A stretch of 64,000 bases of DNA from an uncultured Alphaproteobacteria bacterium (GCA_947053455.1 CAMRSV010000001.1:32001-96000); one strand, 5' to 3'. Counted from the first letter of the stretch, positions 50,599-59,897 are shown. A program made the numbers and translations. The notes: generated from the sequence alone by a model not told the origin.

Positions 50599-52197
50599 AT
50601 GTATATGAACAGATTTTTGATTTTTGGTGCTTTTGGGGCGATACTGGCGGGGTGTGCACAAAATTCGCAAAAACGTGACTGGTTTTCCGAATACGGTGAA
50701 ATTCCGACCGGCACACCGGTTCAGATGCAATACGGCACAACGCCCACATCTGCGGTAGATGTTGATACCCCACGACGCATGGCGGTAATGCTGCCATTAT
50801 CAGGCGACGCGGCCACTGCGGGCAACGCGATACAATCGGCAATAGAAATCGCCGTACTACAGAACGCGCCAAAAAACCTGTCTGTTTCGTTTTATGACAC
50901 GGCGATTGATGCACCACGACAAATCGCGACCGCATTGGCGACAAATCCCGAAATAATTATCGGGCCGCTGTTCGCGCGCGATGCCAACATGGTTCGCACA
51001 CAAAAGGGAATGGAAACCCCAGTTTTATCCTTTACATCAGACGCGACCGCGGTGGGTGGCGGCGTTATGACAATGGCACTTATGCCCACCAATAGTGTCG
51101 AGGCAATTATCAACGAAATGGCTGCGGATCGCGTTGATAATTTCATAATAATTTCCCCAGACAATGAATCAGGGCGACTAATGGCGGGTGTCGCGACACA
51201 GGCTGCAAAATTACAACAGATTAAGATAAGTGGCATATTCTACTATACGGAAAATGATACGGAATCTATAAAAAATGCGACGATTGATGCAACCATGAAT
51301 AAGGCACGAACCGCCGCCAACACCCGTGCACGCGAAATACTGTCGGACATACTGACAACGGAACGGCTAACAGCGATTGAAAAATCCGATTTGACTATGC
51401 AATTGGAAAAAATATCAAAGACCGACACAATCGGCAATCTGCCCTATAATGCGGTTCTGTTTTTGGGGTCGGGCGACGACACAAAAAGTCTGGCATCCTT
51501 TATGCGCTATTACGGGTTGGGCGCGCGCGACGCACGTTTCTATGGAACGGCCGTATGGGATGGTGCGGACATAATGTACGACCTTACTATGTCTGGGGCT
51601 AAATTTGCGACATTACCGGTGGCAGATGCAGAATTTTCATTACTTTATGAACAGGTAACGGGCGCGCAACCGTCCAGACTTGCCACATTTGGGTTTGATG
51701 CCGCACGCATGGCAATAGGCATGATAAATTCCGAAAAATCCAATGCGGCATACCTGCTGGATCCGAGTGGATACATTGGCACAGATGGGCTGTTGCGACT
51801 GCGCCCCAATGGTGAAAATGAACGCGCATTGCGCATAGTGCAATTAAACGGAACGGCCACACCACGTGAAATAAAACCAGCACCGCAAAATTTCATGAGC
51901 CCGATTTATAACATTGAACAGCGTCATATCTCGGCCGCGGACGCAATGGAATTGGAAACACCGGGGATTAACCCTATGGACTATATCAAAATACCAGACC
52001 GTTTGCGTGACAGATATAATGAGGAAACATACGGAATGCATTTGACAGTTACACCGATTGAGGCCAACACAATTGACAATGTTGTAACCATACTGCCCGA
52101 AGACGACAGCGACGTAATTGTCACGCCGGATTTTCAACCCGTAAATTTGGAATCGGTAAACCGAAAATATATAGAAGATGTTGAAATAACCGAATAA
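50599..52197 (+). CDS. Penicillin-binding protein activator LpoA-like lipoprotein
   Basis: Lipobox LAGC; VMLPLSG, IIGPLF, GTDGLLRLRPNG..ERAL; divergent from rsmI. Confidence 0.8.
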   Translation: MYMNRFLIFGAFGAILAGCAQNSQKRDWFSEYGEIPTGTPVQMQYGTTPTSAVDVDTPRRMAVMLPLSGDAATAGNAIQSAIEIAVLQNAPKNLSVSFYDTAIDAPRQIATALATNPEIIIGPLFARDANMVRTQKGMETPVLSFTSDATAVGGGVMTMALMPTNSVEAIINEMAADRVDNFIIISPDNESGRLMAGVATQAAKLQQIKISGIFYYTENDTESIKNATIDATMNKARTAANTRAREILSDILTTERLTAIEKSDLTMQLEKISKTDTIGNLPYNAVLFLGSGDDTKSLASFMRYYGLGARDARFYGTAVWDGADIMYDLTMSGAKFATLPVADAEFSLLYEQVTGAQPSRLATFGFDAARMAIGMINSEKSNAAYLLDPSGYIGTDGLLRLRPNGENERALRIVQLNGTATPREIKPAPQNFMSPIYNIEQRHISAADAMELETPGINPMDYIKIPDRLRDRYNEETYGMHLTVTPIEANTIDNVVTILPEDDSDVIVTPDFQPVNLESVNRKYIEDVEITE

Positions 52198-52222
52198 AAA
52201 ACCGGCATATGCCGGTTTTTTT
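52196..52222. terminator. Bidirectional terminator
   Basis: AAAAAACCGGCATATGCCGGTTTTTTT between convergent genes. Confidence 0.85.
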
Positions 52223-52243
52223 ATTGTTTTTATCAGTCTTACA

Positions 52244-52825
52244 TTAGCGAATTTTGCCGCCATAGCATTTTTCCAAAAAAGCCTTATTTGCACGTTCCTG
52301 CTCTTTTGTAAATTCATCTGCCAAGCGTAATAATTCATATCGCGACGACACCACATCTACAACTTCATATAGCCAATGTTCCTTCTGTGCGTCTAAATCA
52401 TAATCTGTTCGCTCGTTTTGCTTGTCCAGCAGTACACGCATTTTTATACGATCCTGTTTTTCCAATTCGGCAACAACAGAATCCAACCATTCCTGCGCAG
52501 GCGAAATCGCCGGCTGAAAATAATTATAGATATTCGCGCGGTAATTGCGGCGTTCAACACAGCGCCAGCCGCCCTGTACGCGCGATTTTATCTTTGATTT
52601 TTTGACCTTGCACTCTTTTACGTCTGTTTTAAAATCTTTCTTTTGCAAAAGCGGTATTTCATTTGGTCGTGGCGTTGCATGCACCTTCTTTACCGCAGCC
52701 ACGTTACGCGATACTGCTTTCGGATTTTTTGAATTCAAAACAGAGCCATGCACATCAAAGAAAAAATGCGTCGGCTTAAATTTATATTTATTTTTCATTA
52801 TATTTTCTTTTTTTAACACTTTCAT
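52244..52825 (-). CDS. Hypothetical protein (basic N-terminus)
   Basis: AAGGAG SD, Lys-rich ORF, no recognised family. Confidence 0.65.
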   Translation of the reverse strand: MKVLKKENIMKNKYKFKPTHFFFDVHGSVLNSKNPKAVSRNVAAVKKVHATPRPNEIPLLQKKDFKTDVKECKVKKSKIKSRVQGGWRCVERRNYRANIYNYFQPAISPAQEWLDSVVAELEKQDRIKMRVLLDKQNERTDYDLDAQKEHWLYEVVDVVSSRYELLRLADEFTKEQERANKAFLEKCYGGKIR

Positions 52826-52898
52826 AAAATCTCCTTATGGGGTTGCAATAATATACAAAAGAACAAAAACATTCAACAAAAAAATTTTTGGTCAAAAA

Positions 52899-54197
52899 TT
52901 ATTTTCCAAGACACAACTGGGAAAAAGTAGCATCCATAACCTCGGCCGCGGTGATTGTCCCCAAAATCTTGCCAATGGCGTCGGATGCACGGCGCGTGTG
53001 TTCGGCAAAAATATCATAATCGTCCCGGGGTGACAATACGGCTGATTTCAATTCATCAGCCGCCATCTCCAGCAGGCCACGCGTACGCACATTTATGGCA
53101 AGCGCACCATCTGCCCCATCCAACATTTCATGCATCCGATCCGCTATCGCGCATAATAAATCATCAATTCCCGCACCAGTTTTAGCGGAAACGTAAACGG
53201 CGCCTGGAATATTGTTTTCCGAAATTAAATCCGATTTATTAATAACCAGCATTTCATTCGTACCAACGCACACATCAACATTTTCATCATAAACACGCAA
53301 TACCAAATCCGCGTTTTCAATCTCGTCATGCGTTTTTTCAATCCCTATTTTCTCAATCGCATCCGACGCGTCATCACGCAGACCGGCCGTATCCGAAATA
53401 TTTACCATGAATCCGTCAATATCAATTGTGGCACCAACAACGTCGCGCGTGGTCCCAGGCGTGTCCGACACAATTGCGCGATTTGCACCGACAATGCGAT
53501 TAAATATTGATGATTTTCCCACATTTGGCCGCCCCGCAAGCGTTATATTAAAACCGCCGCGCACCGCACGAACCGCCGCATAGCGCGACAATGCCGTATT
53601 TATTTCATCACACAGCGCGGATGCGGCGACGCGAATTTTTTCACCAATATTTGCCGGTAATTCATCGTCCGCATAGTCAGTCATCGCGGCCGCGTATGCC
53701 GAAATTTCAATCATACGGGCACGCCATGCATCATAAATTTTTGCGTCCCCACCCATCATTGAACGCAGTGCGGATTTTCGTTGCGCATCAGTTTTGGCAT
53801 CCAACAATGCCGCCAAACCGTCAACATCCGTCAAATCCATTTTATCATTGTAAAACGCGCGACGGGAAAATTCACCTGGCACGGCCATACGGGAGCCGCG
53901 TGCGCGTAAATCATCAAATATCTTTTCAATTACGGCCGCCGCACCGTGACAATGAATTTCAATTACATCTTCGCCGGTAAATGAATTTGGTGCCGAAAAA
54001 TAAAGCATCAACACCTGGTCTATTACATCACCATGCACATCGCGCAAATTTGCAAGATATGCGTGGCGTGCCCCTATTGATGCACGGCCGGTCATAGATA
54101 AAAACGCATCACGCAAATTGTCACCCGACACGCGGATAACTGCAACCCCGGATTTACCATGGCCGCTGCTTAATGCAAAAATGGTGTCCGCATTCAT
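52899..54197 (-). CDS. mnmE: tRNA modification GTPase MnmE
   Basis: DTIFALSSG, SFTGED, GRPNVGKSS, PGTTRD, DTAGLR, C-terminal LCLGK. Confidence 0.96.
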   Translation of the reverse strand: MNADTIFALSSGHGKSGVAVIRVSGDNLRDAFLSMTGRASIGARHAYLANLRDVHGDVIDQVLMLYFSAPNSFTGEDVIEIHCHGAAAVIEKIFDDLRARGSRMAVPGEFSRRAFYNDKMDLTDVDGLAALLDAKTDAQRKSALRSMMGGDAKIYDAWRARMIEISAYAAAMTDYADDELPANIGEKIRVAASALCDEINTALSRYAAVRAVRGGFNITLAGRPNVGKSSIFNRIVGANRAIVSDTPGTTRDVVGATIDIDGFMVNISDTAGLRDDASDAIEKIGIEKTHDEIENADLVLRVYDENVDVCVGTNEMLVINKSDLISENNIPGAVYVSAKTGAGIDDLLCAIADRMHEMLDGADGALAINVRTRGLLEMAADELKSAVLSPRDDYDIFAEHTRRASDAIGKILGTITAAEVMDATFSQLCLGK

Positions 54198-54760
54198 TTT
54201 GATATTTCCTTTAGCGCGCGCGGCACCAGTGCCGCAACATCCATCCCCGGATTTTCCGATACCAATTTTTGCGCCATATCAACAACATCTATGCGCCGGT
54301 ACCCCAACGCCTCTAACGCAGATAGCAAATCCGGCAACGCGCCGCCGGGCGCCTCCATTACATCAAATGACGCGCCACCAACCTTGGACTTTAATTCCAA
54401 AATTATTTTTTCTGCGACCTTTTTCCCGACACCGGGCGCCGTCGCAATTGTTTTTGCGTCACCAGTTGCAATCGCAGACATTAACGTTTCGACCTTTATC
54501 GTAGATAGAATTGCCATTGCAACTTTGGGGCCGACCCCAGAAACGCCGGTCAACTGATTAAACAAATTCTGTGCACCAAGCGATGAAAAGCCGAACAAAC
54601 GAATGGAATCTTCACGAACGACGGTTTCAATCCACAATGTCACGGCCGCCCCCGGCGTCAGATATTCAGGGGTAAAAACCTTGTACCCCACAGGTCCCGC
54701 CATAACAATTGCGTAACCATCACCTAAAAAATCAACAATGCCTTGCAATTTGCCAATCAT
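54194..54760 (-). CDS. ruvA: Holliday junction DNA-binding protein RuvA
   Basis: MIGKLQG, VRED...LFGF, GVGPK, GVGKK.AEKIILELK, ALEALGY. Confidence 0.96.
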   Translation of the reverse strand: MIGKLQGIVDFLGDGYAIVMAGPVGYKVFTPEYLTPGAAVTLWIETVVREDSIRLFGFSSLGAQNLFNQLTGVSGVGPKVAMAILSTIKVETLMSAIATGDAKTIATAPGVGKKVAEKIILELKSKVGGASFDVMEAPGGALPDLLSALEALGYRRIDVVDMAQKLVSENPGMDVAALVPRALKEISK

Positions 54761-54810
54761 TTGCTATCCTTTTGGGGTAATTGTAAACTAATAAAATTAA
54801 AAGGTCAAAT

Positions 54811-55527
54811 ATGAGTGGACACAGCAAATGGCACAATATACAGCATAAAAAGGGTGCCGTGGACGCCGCCCGCAGCGGTTTGTTCACAAAACTGGCACGT
54901 GAAATAACGATGGCTGCAAAACTGGGCGACAAGAACCCGGACAATAATCCGAGATTGCGTCTGGCAATTTTACAGGCACGTAAAAATTCCATGCCCAACG
55001 ATAATATCAAACGCGCAATTGACAAGGCATCGGGTTCAAACACCGAAAACTATGTCGCCGTCCGATACGAAGGATATGGTCCTAACGCCGTCCCAGTTAT
55101 TGTTGAGGCGTTGACCGACAACCCGCGCCGCACCGTACCTGAAATTCGAAACATATTTGCCAAGAATGGTGGAAATATGGGCGAAGAAGGAAGTGTTGTT
55201 TTCATGTTTACACGTGCAGGACAAATCATGTACCCAGCGTCTATCGGCAAGACCGAAGATGAAATGATGGAAATTGTCATGGATGCGGGCGCAGACAATC
55301 TGGAATCATCACCGGAAGGATTTATTATCACAACCAAACCTGATGATTTTATTACCGTGCAAAAGACACTGTCAGACAAGTTGGGCGAACCGGAAAACGC
55401 GGAACTGACCTGGTTGGCAAACATGCCGGTTGATTTGGATGACGAAGCATACGCCAAGGTTGAAAAACTGGTTGATAGCCTGGACGACAATGACGACGTT
55501 CAAAAAGTGTTTACAGCGGCGGCATAA
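54811..55527 (+). CDS. yebC: YebC/PmpR family protein
   Basis: MSGHSKWHNIQHKKG, YEGYGP, DDNDDVQKV. Confidence 0.96.
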   Translation: MSGHSKWHNIQHKKGAVDAARSGLFTKLAREITMAAKLGDKNPDNNPRLRLAILQARKNSMPNDNIKRAIDKASGSNTENYVAVRYEGYGPNAVPVIVEALTDNPRRTVPEIRNIFAKNGGNMGEEGSVVFMFTRAGQIMYPASIGKTEDEMMEIVMDAGADNLESSPEGFIITTKPDDFITVQKTLSDKLGEPENAELTWLANMPVDLDDEAYAKVEKLVDSLDDNDDVQKVFTAAA

Positions 55528-55544
55528 AACCGTCTATGTACAAG

Positions 55545-55568
55545 AAAACGGGGCATTGCCCCGTTTTT
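55545..55568. terminator. Bidirectional terminator
   Basis: AAAACGGGGCA-T-TGCCCCGTTTTT. Confidence 0.8.
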
Positions 55569-56463
55569 ACTTTAATTCAAACAAATGCATTATTATATCA
55601 CCACCTTCATATGTTGCCTCGTCTGCCAAGCCGGTAACATTGGTGTTATTAGTATTTGTATTCCATTGACCCACGGGGGCATATGATGTCGTCGCGGACA
55701 CATATTTTTCATGTGCTGTGTCGATAAAAAATTGAACAATATTATTCCCCAAAATCCCAGCATAACCCACCGGTTGATCAAACACTGCCATATACGCATA
55801 TGACACGGATGCGGATCGCCCATCCAATGCATCAATTAGATTTGGTTTGTCTGAAATCCCAGGCCCCTTGTAACGTGCAACAAACAGGTATGTTCCCGGT
55901 CCTATGGTTCCACCCATACACATTTCATCAACCGAAAAATCATCTATGTTTGAACTGTTTATATTCTGATTTATTTTCGCACAGGATTTTACCCGACGCC
56001 ATACGCTTATGTCTGATTTCGGAATAAATTTTTCAACCGCGGACAATGTCATAAATTTATTTACATTGCCAAGCCCATCTGGCTGTGCATTGGCATTGCG
56101 ACTAAAATTAACTTCCGGACAACCTATTGCGCCATATGTGCATACCGCGCGATGAAGCCCACCCGTACAGTAATGACCCATGCCGCAATTGACACATTCA
56201 CTGTTATTCATCAAGTACTGGCCAGGCTCGCACCACTTGCCCACCCAATAATCTTTCGCCCCCACCCGCAGGCGCAGCGCCCCGGTCGGCGCAGCGGATG
56301 AATACATTGCACCATACCATTTCTCGTCTGCAATAGAAACCGCCAACGCAGGCGAAGTATTTCGCGTGGAATTAAGTGGCACTGACCGGTCGCCAAAATG
56401 CAACATGCGCGCATAACATGCGGCATTAAAAAATAATGTAAAAAATAAAACTATATATCTCAT
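55567..56463 (-). CDS. Secreted protein with Cys-rich repeat (CEPGQY...CVNCGMGHYCTGG)
   Basis: Signal peptide; beta-rich N-terminal domain, ephrin-receptor/GCC2-GCC3-like Cys repeat, unique C-terminal domain. Confidence 0.8.
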   Translation of the reverse strand: MRYIVLFFTLFFNAACYARMLHFGDRSVPLNSTRNTSPALAVSIADEKWYGAMYSSAAPTGALRLRVGAKDYWVGKWCEPGQYLMNNSECVNCGMGHYCTGGLHRAVCTYGAIGCPEVNFSRNANAQPDGLGNVNKFMTLSAVEKFIPKSDISVWRRVKSCAKINQNINSSNIDDFSVDEMCMGGTIGPGTYLFVARYKGPGISDKPNLIDALDGRSASVSYAYMAVFDQPVGYAGILGNNIVQFFIDTAHEKYVSATTSYAPVGQWNTNTNNTNVTGLADEATYEGGDIIMHLFELK

Positions 56464-56479
56464 CTACCGTTACGACGTA

Positions 56480-56649
56480 ATAAATGCCGTCATATAAATC
56501 AGACGGCTGGAGGTTAGAAACTATAAAACGGTATAGTGTCGTTTATTCAGTATATTCACGAGCCCTCCAACCGAATGTTGGAGTTTTTTTCGTCCACACG
56601 GACGCCGTTTTAAAGGTTTCTACACCCCACAGCATTTATCTTATGCTGC
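56480..56649 (-). ncRNA. C4-like structured leader/attenuator RNA, copy 4
   Basis: Minus strand: GCAGCAT/ATGCTGT; GGGGTGTAGAAACC; a1 TAGAAAC / a' GTTTCTA; b1 AAACGG / b' CCGTTT; GGTTGGAGG/CCTCCAGCC; GCCGTC/GACGGC hairpin with weak U tract; extended -10 TGTTATAAT at 56656-56664. Confidence 0.78.
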
Positions 56650-56709
56650 GAAGGAATTATAACATAAAATATTCTTTATATGCCACAGATAATTTCTTAT
56701 AATAATCAC

Positions 56710-57189
56710 ATGACCAGAATACTTGGGATTGATCCCGGACTTTTGCATACGGGTTGGGCTGTGATAGAAAGTAAAGGTTCAACACGTAAATATGTCGCAA
56801 GTGGCGTTATTTTGCCGCCGGCGAAACTCCCGTTTGCACAAAGACTGGCCATAATTTTTCGCGGTGTGGATGAATTATGCGAACAATTTCAACCAGACTG
56901 TTGCAGCATAGAAGTCATATTCGTTAACGTAAACCCCAAGACAACATTGATTCTGGGTCAGGCACGCAGTGCGGCAATCGTCGCGGTTGCAAACCGAGAT
57001 ATACCGGTTTATGAGTATGAGCCAAATAAAATAAAAAAGGCGCTTACCGGTGCGGGACATGCGGACAAATCACAGATTGATAAAATGGTGCGAATATTGA
57101 TGCCGGCAGCACACCCAAAAACACCAGACGAAGCTGATGCAATCGCAATCGCATTGGCGCACAGCAATATGAATAAATTCGTTTTATAA
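56710..57189 (+). CDS. ruvC: Holliday junction resolvase RuvC
   Basis: ILGIDPG, IE.IF, LGQAR, G.G.ADK.Q, DEADAIAIA. Confidence 0.95.
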   Translation: MTRILGIDPGLLHTGWAVIESKGSTRKYVASGVILPPAKLPFAQRLAIIFRGVDELCEQFQPDCCSIEVIFVNVNPKTTLILGQARSAAIVAVANRDIPVYEYEPNKIKKALTGAGHADKSQIDKMVRILMPAAHPKTPDEADAIAIALAHSNMNKFVL

Positions 57190-57239
57190 CAATTCCTTAT
57201 TTTGTGTTATAATGACAAAAACAACAAAAGGGGAAAATC

Positions 57240-57518
57240 ATGAAAAAAGAATTTATTGAAGCAGAATCAGAAAAACTACGCCAGCGCCAGCGGATACTGT
57301 TTCGCACATTTGGTGTGAATGTAATTTTGGGCGTTATTGCATGGGCGCTGACTATGGTGCCGGGAATACTTTATTTCGGCGTATGGATGACAGGATTTTC
57401 AGCAATGCTGATGTATTATTCCGCAATAAGCGCGATTGCCCTGTGGCAGATATTGAACGTTGCGTTCTTCTTTGCACCGGCCATCGCCACATGGTGGGAA
57501 AGAAAAATGATGAAATAA
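57240..57518 (+). CDS. Small 2-TM hypothetical membrane protein
   Basis: AGGGG SD, own TGnTATAAT promoter and downstream terminator. Confidence 0.7.
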   Translation: MKKEFIEAESEKLRQRQRILFRTFGVNVILGVIAWALTMVPGILYFGVWMTGFSAMLMYYSAISAIALWQILNVAFFFAPAIATWWERKMMK

Positions 57519-57519
57519 T

Positions 57520-57548
57520 AAAAAACGGCGGGTCACCCGCCGTCTTTT
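57520..57548. terminator. Bidirectional terminator
   Basis: AAAAAACGGCGGG-TCA-CCCGCCGTCTTTT. Confidence 0.8.
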
Positions 57549-57566
57549 ATTAAACGCACATCGCGC

Positions 57567-58475
57567 CTATTGCATTGAATTTAGATATGCGATTGCATCC
57601 ATGGCTGCCTCGCACCCGGTACCGACCGCGGTTGCAATTTGCATCTTTATCCCCGAATGCACATCGCCCGCCACAAACAGACCCGCCGGCATTTCACCCG
57701 GCATCAGACGCCCCATGTTGTCGCGCGCTACATCTTCGCTTAAATAATCCGTATTCGCCTCATGCCCGATTGCAACAAACAGACCGTCAACAATTATTTC
57801 CTTGTCATCAGTTGTTGTCACAACAAGCCTGTCATCATCGCGCTTTGCAATTTTTTTCAAATCCGTGTTGAACAGGCATTCAATATTTTCACGTTCCGCA
57901 ACGCGGTTGCGTAATACGGCCTCGGCTCTGGTAAAGGCACCCTTGCGGTAAATAATTTTCACCGACCGCGCCTGATCCGCCAGATAAAGCGCATCGTTTA
58001 GCGCGCTGTTTCCGCCCCCCAGTACGATGACATCTTTGTTCATATAAAAGAACCCATCGCATGTAGCGCAGTATGATACACCCTTGCCCATAAGTTCGCG
58101 CGCACCTTCAATTTCCAGTCTGCGCGGTGACGCACCGGTTGCGATAATCACTGTGCGTCCGACATAGCGGTTGCCATCATCGCCCAGTACATTAAACCCG
58201 GACGCAGCATCGCCCGAAATGGATTTAGCGCCGACAAATTTTATTTCCGCACCAAATGATTCGGCCTGTCGCTTCATAAATTCCGCCAAATCCGTACCTG
58301 ACCCCAAAAATCCCGGATAATTTTCCAATTTGGCGATACCGGCCATCTGGCCCCCCAGTCTGTCACCACCCAGAACCAGCGTCTTTTTCCCGGCGCGCCC
58401 CGCATACAAAGCCGCCGTCAATCCCGCAGGACCTGAACCCAAAATGATAACATCATGCATAACAATGTCGTTCAT
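57567..58475 (-). CDS. trxB: Thioredoxin reductase
   Basis: GSGPAG, IATGA, CATCDG, GGGNSA, AGDV. Confidence 0.92.
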   Translation of the reverse strand: MNDIVMHDVIILGSGPAGLTAALYAGRAGKKTLVLGGDRLGGQMAGIAKLENYPGFLGSGTDLAEFMKRQAESFGAEIKFVGAKSISGDAASGFNVLGDDGNRYVGRTVIIATGASPRRLEIEGARELMGKGVSYCATCDGFFYMNKDVIVLGGGNSALNDALYLADQARSVKIIYRKGAFTRAEAVLRNRVAERENIECLFNTDLKKIAKRDDDRLVVTTTDDKEIIVDGLFVAIGHEANTDYLSEDVARDNMGRLMPGEMPAGLFVAGDVHSGIKMQIATAVGTGCEAAMDAIAYLNSMQ

Positions 58476-58619
58476 GTTATTCTTCCTTTTATTATATTTC
58501 ACGGCACACCATACCATAATGGATAACGACGCGCAAATTAAAATATAGGCGTTATGAAAATATTGATTTTCCAATATAAATGAACTATATTTTATTGGAA
58601 ATCAAAGGATTGCAATATC

Positions 58620-59897
58620 ATGCTGGATATAAAATTTATTCGTGAAAACCCGGAAATAGTCAAAAATGCCTGCCGGGTTAAGGGGTTTGACGATAATGTC
58701 GACGAAATATTGGCGTTGGACGCGCGGGTGCGCGAACTTAAAACCGCAACCCAGACAATGACCGCCGAAAAAAACCGAATAACGCGTGAAATACCCATGG
58801 CATCGGACAAGGCGCCGCTGATTGCACGATCCAAAGAAATAGGCAATGAAATTGCCGCAGATATGGCGGAGTTGGCCGAAAAAGAGGATGCGCTTAATGA
58901 TTTAATGCACCGCGTGCCACAAATCCCCAGCCAAAGCGCCCCAATCGGTCCCGACGACACATCAAATGTAGAGGTAAAGCGCGTCGGCACGCCACGCAAA
59001 TTTGATTTTACACCCCGCGCCCAGTGGGATTTGTTGGACATGAACAATTGGTGGATGCCGGAAAAAATTGGCCAAATTTGCGGTACGCGCACATATGCAC
59101 TAAAGGGCGAGGCCGCCGAACTGCAACTGGCGATTGAAACATATGTTATTCAAAAACTGATTCAAAAGGGATTTGTATTCGTTGAGTGTCCGTCAATTAC
59201 AAAACCCCAGACAATATTCAACGCCGGCCACTTTATGGGGGCAAACCCGGCGGTTATGGAAAACGATGTATTTATGCTGGCGGGAACTGACCGGTGTCTG
59301 GCCGGAACGGCTGAAATTATTCTAAATTCACTGCACGGGGGCGAAGTTTTGAATGAATCCGATTTGCCGATAAAGTATGCCGGGTTTTCACCATGCTTTC
59401 GTAAAGAGGCGGGCGCGGCCGGCCGTGATACACGCGGACTTGCCCGCTTTCACCAGTTTAACAAGGTTGAACAATACATTTACTGTACCCCGGCGCAATC
59501 GGACGAAATGCATGAACATATTCTGCAAAATCTGTGCGAAGTCATGGAAGATTTGGAATTGCCATACCGCGTGATTGCAAATTCGACAGGCGACATGGGA
59601 TTTAACAAAGTAAAGATGAATGATGTTGAGGCATGGGTGCCGTCGGAAAACGGCTACAAAGAACTTGGCAGCTGTTCATCAATCGGCACATTCCAGGCAC
59701 GCCGCACAAACACACGATACCGTGCAAACGACGGTTCAATGCAATTTTGCGCGACACTGAACAACACAGGAATTGCCGTACCACGCGCATTGGTACCGGT
59801 ATTGGAAAATCATCAAAATCCGGATGGCAGTGTTAACATACCGAAAAAGTTGCAACCACTTATGGGCGGACGCACAAAAATCGGTGGCAAGCATTAA
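58620..59897 (+). CDS. serS: Serine--tRNA ligase
   Basis: MLDIKFIRENP, GTAE, FRKEAG..GRDTRGL.R.HQF.KVE, TLNNT. Confidence 0.96.
   Translation: MLDIKFIRENPEIVKNACRVKGFDDNVDEILALDARVRELKTATQTMTAEKNRITREIPMASDKAPLIARSKEIGNEIAADMAELAEKEDALNDLMHRVPQIPSQSAPIGPDDTSNVEVKRVGTPRKFDFTPRAQWDLLDMNNWWMPEKIGQICGTRTYALKGEAAELQLAIETYVIQKLIQKGFVFVECPSITKPQTIFNAGHFMGANPAVMENDVFMLAGTDRCLAGTAEIILNSLHGGEVLNESDLPIKYAGFSPCFRKEAGAAGRDTRGLARFHQFNKVEQYIYCTPAQSDEMHEHILQNLCEVMEDLELPYRVIANSTGDMGFNKVKMNDVEAWVPSENGYKELGSCSSIGTFQARRTNTRYRANDGSMQFCATLNNTGIAVPRALVPVLENHQNPDGSVNIPKKLQPLMGGRTKIGGKH

Noticed and set aside
56461-56476. Downstream a2/b2 target sites near the start codons (e.g. AACGG-TAGA before the ATG in copy 4)
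   Set aside because: Only partial matches, and not found in copies 2 and 3.
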